64,000 nucleotides of DNA from Lentisphaeria bacterium (GTDB lineage Bacteria > Verrucomicrobiota > Lentisphaeria > JABSQK01 > JAWLHB01): assembly GCA_041690595.1 (NCBI GenBank), contig JAWLHB010000029.1, forward strand, positions 1 through 64,000, read 5' to 3'. The notes beneath the pieces were generated by a model. It saw only the letters and a program-made list of their open reading frames with translations, was not told the DNA's origin and did not search any database. How positions within the stretch are numbered: the stretch's first letter is position 1; each line of letters opens with the position of its first letter. The position numbers were made by a program, and so were the translations under genes. Of this stretch, positions 57,057 through 64,000 are shown piece by piece.

Positions 57057-58313
57057 ATGGACCTACCGGTAATGGCATTTCTGGCAATGGTCCTCTTCAG
57101 TGCCATTGTGGCCCAGACGCTGGCACGCCGCTTCAACTTCCCAACGGTTACCGCCTACGTGATTATCGGAGCCTTGTTGGGTGGCTCCTTTCTGGGTCAG
57201 CACTCACCCTTCCGCGACACCTTCCTGCTTTCGCATGACACCCTGCTGAAGTTCCAGGTCGTCAGTGACCTGGCGCTTGGGCTGGTGGCCTTTTCCATTG
57301 GTGCGGAGTTGGAATGGCGGCGACTGCGGAAGCTGGGTGCGAGTATCCTCGCGATTACCCTTGGGGAATCCCTTGGCGCCTTCTTTCTGGTTACCGTCGC
57401 CGTCGGCATCGTTCTGGGCAGCACCGGCAACTGGCCGATGGCACTGGTTCTTGGCGCCATTGCCTCGGCTACCGCCCCGGCAGCCACGGTCAGCGTACTG
57501 CGTCAGTATCGCGCTAAAGGCCCGCTGACTGATACCATCCTGGCGGTGGTGGGCATCGACGATGCCATCGCCCTGATCATCTACCAGTTTGCCGCGACGA
57601 TGGCGCACGTGGCGTACGGGGAAGTGCAGGGAGGAGTATGGCTGATGATCCTCCTGCCTTTGGTGGAGGTGGGTATCTCCCTGCTGGTCGGCTTCCTCTG
57701 CGGACTGGCTGCCTGGTGGATGCTGATGCGCAGCCGCACGGGGGATCCACTGCTCTTTGCCAGTGTTACGGCCATTGTCTTCACCCTGGCCGTGGCCGCC
57801 CTCATCAACGACCTCTCCACACTGCGCTGTTCACCCCTGTTGACGGTGATGGCGATGGCCGCGACCCTGGTCAACCGGAGTCCCATGCTCAAGAATCGGG
57901 TCGAGCAGGTGATCCGCAGCTTTGTGCCGCTCTTTTTCGCCTTCTTCTTCATCCTCGGCGGTGCGCATCTCGACCTGCTTGCCCTGCCGGCTGTGGGCCT
58001 GGTTGCACTGGTCTATCTGGTGGCGCGGACGGGAGGAAAGGTAGGCGGGGCCATGCTTGGCGCCAAAGTTGGACGTGCCGATCCCGTCGTCCGCAAGTAT
58101 ATTGGGTACAGTCTCATACCCCAGGTGGGCGTGGCGGTGGCACTGGCCTACTCGGTGAGCGTCGATTTCGCGGCCCACCCGAAACTGGTATCTCTGGCGA
58201 TGAATGTGCTGCTCTTCACGACTCTGGTCACCGAGATCATCGGTCCGCTGATGACCCGTTACGCGCTGCTCAAATCCGGCGAGGGTCAGACGGACATACC
58301 GGCGCGACGCTGA
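57057..58313 (+). CDS. Cation:proton antiporter (CPA family)
   Basis: About 12 TM segments; AFSIGAEL, ATAPAAT, VGIDDA, PQVGVAVALA and EIIGP. Confidence 0.9.
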   Translation: MDLPVMAFLAMVLFSAIVAQTLARRFNFPTVTAYVIIGALLGGSFLGQHSPFRDTFLLSHDTLLKFQVVSDLALGLVAFSIGAELEWRRLRKLGASILAITLGESLGAFFLVTVAVGIVLGSTGNWPMALVLGAIASATAPAATVSVLRQYRAKGPLTDTILAVVGIDDAIALIIYQFAATMAHVAYGEVQGGVWLMILLPLVEVGISLLVGFLCGLAAWWMLMRSRTGDPLLFASVTAIVFTLAVAALINDLSTLRCSPLLTVMAMAATLVNRSPMLKNRVEQVIRSFVPLFFAFFFILGGAHLDLLALPAVGLVALVYLVARTGGKVGGAMLGAKVGRADPVVRKYIGYSLIPQVGVAVALAYSVSVDFAAHPKLVSLAMNVLLFTTLVTEIIGPLMTRYALLKSGEGQTDIPARR

Positions 58314-58381
58314 CGGGCACATTTTTCGGCAAATGGTGTCTATAGTAAGTACCATCAACAGCCAAAACCACGCGATTCATT

Positions 58382-59365
58382 ATGAGCGTACAGTTCAAAG
58401 ATTATTACCAGATTCTGGGCCTCGAACGCGGGGCCAGCGACGATGACATACGCAAGAGCTATCGCAAGCTTGCCCGCAAGTACCATCCCGATGTGAGCAA
58501 GGATGCCAAGGCGGAAGACCGCTTCAAGGAGGTCAGCGAGGCGTATGAGGTCTTGCGCGACCCGGAGAAGCGTCGCAAGTACGACCAGCTCGGTCACAAC
58601 TGGAAGCAGGGGCAGGACTTCCGGCCCCCGCCGGGCTTCCAGGGAGGCGCCTTCAATTTCGGCAACGGGAGCGAAGACTTCCAGTCCTTCGGTGGCTTCA
58701 GCGACTTCTTCGAGACCCTCTTCGGCGGTGCCGCGCGCGGCCAGGGCGGCGGAGCGCGATCCCCCTTCGGCGGCGCCAGTGGCTTTACCCAACATGCGCA
58801 ACGCGCTACCAAGGGCGAGGATCACCAACTCGAGATCGAGGTGAGCCTGGAGGAGGCCGCCAACGGCAGCACCCGGGTGCTGCAGATCGAGCGCCCCGTC
58901 ATGACGCCGCAGGGCGCCCGCGGCGAACGCCAGAGTGTCAACGTACGCATTCCCAAAGGAGTCAGCCACGGCGCCCGCATTCGCCTGGCCGGGCAGGGGC
59001 AGCCCAGCGCCCGGGGCGGCGAATCGGGAGACCTCTTCCTGCGCGTCAAGCTGCTCCCGCATCCGCGCTTCGAAGTCGATGGACACGACCTGAAGTGCAC
59101 GGTGGAGATCTCTCCCTGGGAAGCCGCCCTCGGCGCCAAGGTGACGGTTCCCACTCTCGACGGCCAGGTCAACATGACAGTGCCGCCCGGCAGCTCGAGC
59201 GGCCGGTCGTTACGCTTGCGCGGTAAAGGTTTGCCGCGGCGTCGCGGCGAGCCGGGCGATCTTTTTGTCAACCTGCGCATTGTCGTACCGGAAAGCCTTT
59301 CGAGCCGGGAGCGCGAGCTTTTCGAACAGCTTGGCCAGGAGTCCGCCTTCCGCCCTCGGCGCTGA
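58382..59365 (+). CDS. cbpA: Class B J-domain chaperone (CbpA/DnaJ-like)
   Basis: [11 protein letters not shown] and a G/F-rich region without zinc fingers; ISPWEAALG...VPTLDG. Confidence 0.88.
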   Translation: MSVQFKDYYQILGLERGASDDDIRKSYRKLARKYHPDVSKDAKAEDRFKEVSEAYEVLRDPEKRRKYDQLGHNWKQGQDFRPPPGFQGGAFNFGNGSEDFQSFGGFSDFFETLFGGAARGQGGGARSPFGGASGFTQHAQRATKGEDHQLEIEVSLEEAANGSTRVLQIERPVMTPQGARGERQSVNVRIPKGVSHGARIRLAGQGQPSARGGESGDLFLRVKLLPHPRFEVDGHDLKCTVEISPWEAALGAKVTVPTLDGQVNMTVPPGSSSGRSLRLRGKGLPRRRGEPGDLFVNLRIVVPESLSSRERELFEQLGQESAFRPRR

Positions 59366-59397
59366 GGCCGCGGATAGTCAAAGCGCCTCCCGCCAGC

Positions 59398-59425
59398 TTG
59401 AAAAACTTGATCGAAAGAGTATAGT
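59398..59425 (+). promoter_or_regulatory. Sigma70-like promoter for the desaturase
   Basis: TTGAAA-N16-TATAGT. Confidence 0.45.
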
Positions 59426-59555
59426 ATTTGATGCGGTATCTCGGGGTGCGGCACTGCTGCCAGGTAGGCGAGCAGTGTACGCAGGACTGAACCAGACTCA
59501 TCCCGCGGCGCATGCCGTAGAGGTGGGTTATCACTCTACGGTAGACGAGCACGAT

Positions 59556-60599
59556 ATGACAGACTCAACAGAATCCGGTAGCATCCGGACATCGGTGTCG
59601 ACAGACTGGCAGGAGGTAGTGAAGCAGCTACAGCAGCCCTGCAACAAGCGGGCACTCTGGCAGACGTTTAACACCCTGATACCTTATGCGGCCATGTGGG
59701 TGGCTTTGTATCTCACGCTGGGGATTTCCATCTGGCTGACCATCGGCCTGGCGGTCCTCACGGGACCGTTCCTGGTACGCATATTTATCCTCTTTCACGA
59801 TTGCGGGCACAACTCGTTCTTTTCGTCCGCCAAGGCAAACACGTTTCTGGCAAACTGCCTGGCGCCGCTCATCTTTGTCTCCAGCCAGCATTGGCGCTGG
59901 GAGCACTGGCGGCATCATGCCACCTCCGGCGATCTCGATCGCCGGGGCACCGGTGACGTCTGGACCATGACCGTGAGCGAATACATGGCCTCGCCGCGCT
60001 GGAAGCGGCTCTGCTACCGGCTCGCTCGCAATCCACTGCTGATGCTGACCGTCGGCCCACCGCTGCTCTTCCTGGTGTGGCAGCGCTTTCCGGCCAAGGC
60101 ATCTCCCAAGCAGGCGCGACGTTCCGTCTTTCAGTTGAATGTGACCTTGCTGGTCATCGCGGTAATCATGAGCCTGATCTTCGGCTTCTGGAACTACGTG
60201 CTGATTCAGTTCACGATGATGCTGGTAGCGGGCATGATCGGTGTCTGGCTCTTCTACCTGCAACATCAGTTCGAGGGTGTCTATTGGAAGCGGTCGACGG
60301 AATGGGACCAGAAGCTGGCGGCGCTGCAGGGCAGTTCGTTCTTCGACCTTCCGGCGGTTCTGCGTTGGTTCACTGGCAGCATCGGCTTCCATCACATTCA
60401 CCACCTGGGTCCGCGCATACCGAATTACTTCCTGAAGCGTTGCCATGAATCGCATCCCATCTTCCAGAACGTCCCCAGGCTGACCCTGTGGACGAGCCTC
60501 AAGTCGTGCAGTTTGCGCTTGTGGGACGAAGAGCAGGAGCAGCTGGTGAGCTATCGCCGGGTGCGTGAGTTGCGGCGCCAGCAGACGGCGGCGCAATAG
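59556..60599 (+). CDS. des: Membrane fatty acid desaturase (Bacillus Des-like)
   Basis: His boxes HDCGH, HWRHH and HHIHH; GTGDVWTMTV; start reassigned to MTDSTE. Confidence 0.88.
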   Translation: MTDSTESGSIRTSVSTDWQEVVKQLQQPCNKRALWQTFNTLIPYAAMWVALYLTLGISIWLTIGLAVLTGPFLVRIFILFHDCGHNSFFSSAKANTFLANCLAPLIFVSSQHWRWEHWRHHATSGDLDRRGTGDVWTMTVSEYMASPRWKRLCYRLARNPLLMLTVGPPLLFLVWQRFPAKASPKQARRSVFQLNVTLLVIAVIMSLIFGFWNYVLIQFTMMLVAGMIGVWLFYLQHQFEGVYWKRSTEWDQKLAALQGSSFFDLPAVLRWFTGSIGFHHIHHLGPRIPNYFLKRCHESHPIFQNVPRLTLWTSLKSCSLRLWDEEQEQLVSYRRVRELRRQQTAAQ

Positions 60600-60609
60600 G
60601 CGACATCCG

Positions 60610-62034
60610 TCACGTGGCGCGGTTCTCAGCTTTGTTGATGTAGGTGAGGCGGCGCTTGTGGCGCCCGACCTGAGCTGTCAGCGCTTCGCCATCCCAGCCA
60701 TCGGCATGGGCAAGCGCCGCCAGTTCCGCCAGTATGTCCTGATGGACATCGCTTTCTCCAAGGTTGACCTCTTCATGCGGATCCGCCTGGAGATCGTACA
60801 GCGTTGGCGGGAAGCCGGGGGCGAAGGATGCTTTCCAGCGATTCCGACGTACCATGCGCATGGTCACCCGGGTGCCGCCACAGGCATAATCGGCGATAAT
60901 CGCACGTTCAGGCCATGAACTCGAGGGATCGTCCAGCAGCGGCAGCAGTGACTTTCCAGGCAGATCGTCGAAGGCATCCTGCTGATCGGTCAACGCGAGC
61001 ATGGTCGGCATCCAGTCGATCGAGGAGACCGGCGCGAGGCAATGCGCACCGGCATGTGGGCATGCGGGGGGCGCGATGATCAGCGGCACGCGTACGCTCT
61101 CTTCAAAGAAATTGAGCTTCGACCAGAAGCCGTGCTCGCCCATGTTGTCGCCGTGATCCGACGTATAAACGATCCAGGTGTTCTCCGCGACGCCGAGAGC
61201 AGTCAGCTCATCGATCAGGCGGCCGATCATGGCGTCGAGGCAGGTGATCATCCCATAGTAGGCACGACGGGCTCGGCGCACTTCCTCGGCGGAGACGCCA
61301 TCGCTCGTCAGTCCCAGCCACTTGCGATTGTCCCGCAACTGGGGTGGCACAAGCTCCTCCCACGACGATCCATCCGGCGGCGGACGCGGCATGGTCACAT
61401 CCTCATCCTCGTACAGATCGAACCAGGGCTGGTGGATGGCGTAGGGGAAGTGCGGCAGGATATAGCCCACCGTGAGCGCCCATGGCGACTTCAATGTACT
61501 GAGATGCCGAAGCTCGGTCAGGGCCGACTCCGTAACGCCGTCATCGTACTGCTCCAGGTAATTTGGCGCATCGACCGGCCCGGCATTCCGCACCGCATCC
61601 ACCATTACGTGATCGTCCGCCTGTGGCTCGCTCCAGTGGCCATAGGTGAAAGGCGTCAGCAGTTTCTCGTCATGCAGCTCCTGGTGGACGCGCCGCTGGA
61701 AGCCGTGGTGACGGTCCGGCCCCACAAAATGCATGCGTCCGGCGATTGAGGTTGTATAGCCGGCCTGGCGCAGCACGTGGGGCCAGGTGGGCAGATCGCT
61801 ATGGAGGGGCGAGCCCAGTTCCCAAACGCCATGCTCCGGCGTCAGATGCCCCGTCATGAAGCCCGCCCGCGAGGGGGTACACATGGGATAGGAGCAATAA
61901 GCATTGTCGAAGCAGACACCCGCTCTCCGCAGGCGATCGAGATTGGGCGTGCGCAGCCGAGGGTGAGCCATGCCCCCCAGCCAGCCAGGCGCGTGCTGGT
62001 CCGACATGATCATGAGTATGTTTGGCGTCGACAA
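60610..62034 (-). CDS. Cys-type sulfatase (choline-sulfatase-like)
   Basis: PNILMIMSDQH, CTPSR, GRMHF and SDHGDNMGEHG; start at TTG 62034 or GTG 62052. Confidence 0.93.
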   Translation of the reverse strand: MSTPNILMIMSDQHAPGWLGGMAHPRLRTPNLDRLRRAGVCFDNAYCSYPMCTPSRAGFMTGHLTPEHGVWELGSPLHSDLPTWPHVLRQAGYTTSIAGRMHFVGPDRHHGFQRRVHQELHDEKLLTPFTYGHWSEPQADDHVMVDAVRNAGPVDAPNYLEQYDDGVTESALTELRHLSTLKSPWALTVGYILPHFPYAIHQPWFDLYEDEDVTMPRPPPDGSSWEELVPPQLRDNRKWLGLTSDGVSAEEVRRARRAYYGMITCLDAMIGRLIDELTALGVAENTWIVYTSDHGDNMGEHGFWSKLNFFEESVRVPLIIAPPACPHAGAHCLAPVSSIDWMPTMLALTDQQDAFDDLPGKSLLPLLDDPSSSWPERAIIADYACGGTRVTMRMVRRNRWKASFAPGFPPTLYDLQADPHEEVNLGESDVHQDILAELAALAHADGWDGEALTAQVGRHKRRLTYINKAENRAT

Positions 62035-62052
62035 AACAGCAACTCCACCCAC

Positions 62053-63102
62053 TTATGGTTGATCGATATCCCAGATGGTGACGTCCTCGATCCGCACACG
62101 TTCTTCTTCGCCGGCGTGACGGACGTGCACCTGGCCCTGCCCCTTCCGGATATGCACGGCGTTGTCGTGACTGTGCAGTCTGCCACCCGGCGCGACCTCG
62201 ATCAACGCGTCGCCGTTGTTCGAATTGAACTGGTTGCCGCGGACGATCAACTGGCCTTGCCAGCGGGCGGGAAGCCGATGCGGACCCACGGTGATGACAG
62301 TGTCACCGCCACCTTCGAAGTAGCAGCCTTCGACGGTGCCGACGATCAGGTCGAGGAGGTGAATCGCACTGCCAGGGGAATGTTCGAAATCACTGTCACG
62401 GATGTTGACTGGGCTGCCTTCGATGCGGATGCCTGCATCCAGGATCTGGCGAAACTGCGAGGCGTAGACGTTGATCAGGTTACTGCGATCCAGCCGCTCC
62501 TTGGGCGAGCGGCCAAGGATGCCGACGGCGACATGGCTGAACCGGCAGTCGTCGAAGGTGGCAATCTGGATCGGCTTTCCCCAGATGCCTACCTGCAGGT
62601 GACTGAAGGAGCAGTGGCGGAAGGTGAAGCCGCCAAAGCCGCGCGGATGGCCGATCAGGCCGCCATAGGCCTGGCTGAAGCCGATTCCCACCCAGGTCAT
62701 GTTGTAGACGATACCGGAGACCTCGAAGAGGCCACGACCGGGAGGGGCTTCGAGATCCGCCGCGTGGCGATCGGCCACCGCTGCCGGAGGCGCCTGCGGC
62801 CATCCTTTCCCCTCCTCCGGCGTTGACCCATGAAACTGCACGTTGGCGCTGTGCGGCACCGTGGAAGCAACCGTCACGCCATTGAGACCATCCAGTGAGA
62901 CCGGCGATGCCAGGAGATACCTGCCGGGCTCGATGAGCAGTACCTTGTCCCCCGCGGCCGCATCCAGCAATGCTTTCCGCAGCAGTGCTGAGACATCGTT
63001 CTTGCCAGTCGCGTCCGGTTCGTACGTGGCGAAATGGGTCGCCTGTCCGGCGGTGGCCACCAAGCAGGCGAGGATCGTCAAGGTCATGCGGAAGGATTTC
63101 AT
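62053..63102 (-). CDS. Exported right-handed beta-helix (pectin-lyase-like) protein
   Basis: Signal peptide; DATGKNDVSALLRKAL...LLIEPGRY; repeated F..C.F stacks. Confidence 0.75.
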   Translation of the reverse strand: MKSFRMTLTILACLVATAGQATHFATYEPDATGKNDVSALLRKALLDAAAGDKVLLIEPGRYLLASPVSLDGLNGVTVASTVPHSANVQFHGSTPEEGKGWPQAPPAAVADRHAADLEAPPGRGLFEVSGIVYNMTWVGIGFSQAYGGLIGHPRGFGGFTFRHCSFSHLQVGIWGKPIQIATFDDCRFSHVAVGILGRSPKERLDRSNLINVYASQFRQILDAGIRIEGSPVNIRDSDFEHSPGSAIHLLDLIVGTVEGCYFEGGGDTVITVGPHRLPARWQGQLIVRGNQFNSNNGDALIEVAPGGRLHSHDNAVHIRKGQGQVHVRHAGEEERVRIEDVTIWDIDQP

Positions 63103-63107
63103 GATAC

Positions 63108-64000
63108 TCACGAGGATTTGGAGTCAGCGGCTTTGAGGATGGTATCGATGACATCGCGGATGGTGATGCCCTCACTCTCGGCATGGAAATTGAGCTGAAT
63201 GCGGTGGCCGATCACCTCGGCCAGGATCGCATCGACATCTTCGCGGCGAACGAGGTAGCTGCCGTGAAGGACGGCGCGAACCTTGGCGCCGATGATCAGG
63301 TACTGCACGGCGCGGGGGCCCGCTCCCCAGGTCACCCGCTGCCGAATCCAGGCGGGCGCCTCCGGCAGCCCCGGTCGCGTCATCCGCACCAGCCGGACCA
63401 CATGATCGTAGATATGCTCCGGTACGGGTACCCGGCGGACCAGTCGCTGATACTCCAGGATCTCTTCGCCGGAGACGACCTTCCGCAAGCTTTCGCGTGG
63501 TTCGCCAGTCGTGGCGCGCGCTATCTCCAGCTCCTCTTCGCGATTGGGATAGTCGACGTTGATGAGGAACATGAAGCGATCGAGCTGAGCCTCGGGCAGA
63601 GGGTACGTGCCTTCCTGCTCGATCGGGTTCTGTGTGGCGAGGACGAAGAAGGGTGGCGGCAGCTTGAAGGTTCGGCCACCGGCGGTTACCTGCAATTCCT
63701 GCATGGTCTCGAGCAGGGCCGCCTGGGTCTTCGGCGGGGTGCGGTTGATTTCGTCGGCGAGAATGATGTTGGCAAAGACGGGTCCCTTCATGAACTCGAA
63801 GACGCGCCGGCCGCTCTCGGTCTCCTGCACGATGTCGGAGCCGGTGATGTCGGTGGGCATCAGGTCGGGGGTGAACTGAATGCGGCTGAAGTCGAGCGCC
63901 ATGGCGTCGGCCAACGAATGAACCATGAGCGTCTTGGCGAGACCGGGGACGCCCATGAGCAGGCCATGCCCTCGGGCCAGGATGCAGATCATGATCTTTT
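63108..64000 (-). CDS. moxR: MoxR-family AAA+ ATPase (5' end outside the window)
   Basis: GVPGLAKT, RIQFTPDLMP, LADEINRTPPKTQAALLE and ATQNPIEQEGTYPLPEAQLDRF. Confidence 0.95.
   Translation of the reverse strand, partial: KIMICILARGHGLLMGVPGLAKTLMVHSLADAMALDFSRIQFTPDLMPTDITGSDIVQETESGRRVFEFMKGPVFANIILADEINRTPPKTQAALLETMQELQVTAGGRTFKLPPPFFVLATQNPIEQEGTYPLPEAQLDRFMFLINVDYPNREEELEIARATTGEPRESLRKVVSGEEILEYQRLVRRVPVPEHIYDHVVRLVRMTRPGLPEAPAWIRQRVTWGAGPRAVQYLIIGAKVRAVLHGSYLVRREDVDAILAEVIGHRIQLNFHAESEGITIRDVIDTILKAADSKSS

Overview
GC-rich bacterial chromosome segment. The gene content (four cytoplasmic sulfatases, DUF4838-like and LamG proteins, a murD-LysM pair) suggests a PVC-superphylum organism, possibly Lentisphaerota; this is an inference. 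Positions 1-12.3 kb form an accessory hotspot. It contains a terminase-small-subunit-like gene missed by the ORF track (runs off the left edge, with in-frame palindromic repeats), a pile-up of several repeat families and a 3'-truncated EcoAI-type hsdR. An AT-richer island follows, carrying a translationally coupled four-gene operon (small helical protein, GHKL/MORC-type ATPase, two unknown proteins) with a convergent C5-cytosine methyltransferase and a divergent vsr. This island is the best candidate for an undescribed methylation-linked defence system. The hotspot ends with a decayed primase/ATPase relic, a frameshifted DUF2726 gene and a 62-bp tandem array. The remainder (12.3-64 kb) is mostly core and carbohydrate/sulfate-related: S41 protease, rlmN, HI0933 flavoprotein, TPP-dependent E1 alpha/beta, an APC permease-EIIA-RCK fusion, murD, LysM lipoprotein, peroxiredoxin, ftsW, recA, cinA, a REC-Ser/Thr kinase, cysE-tmk-holB, an HTH-EIIA with CPA antiporter, cbpA-like DnaJ, a fatty-acid desaturase and a partial MoxR. 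I recognised no rRNA, tRNA, CRISPR array or integrase. All family calls come from motif recognition by eye; no searches were run.
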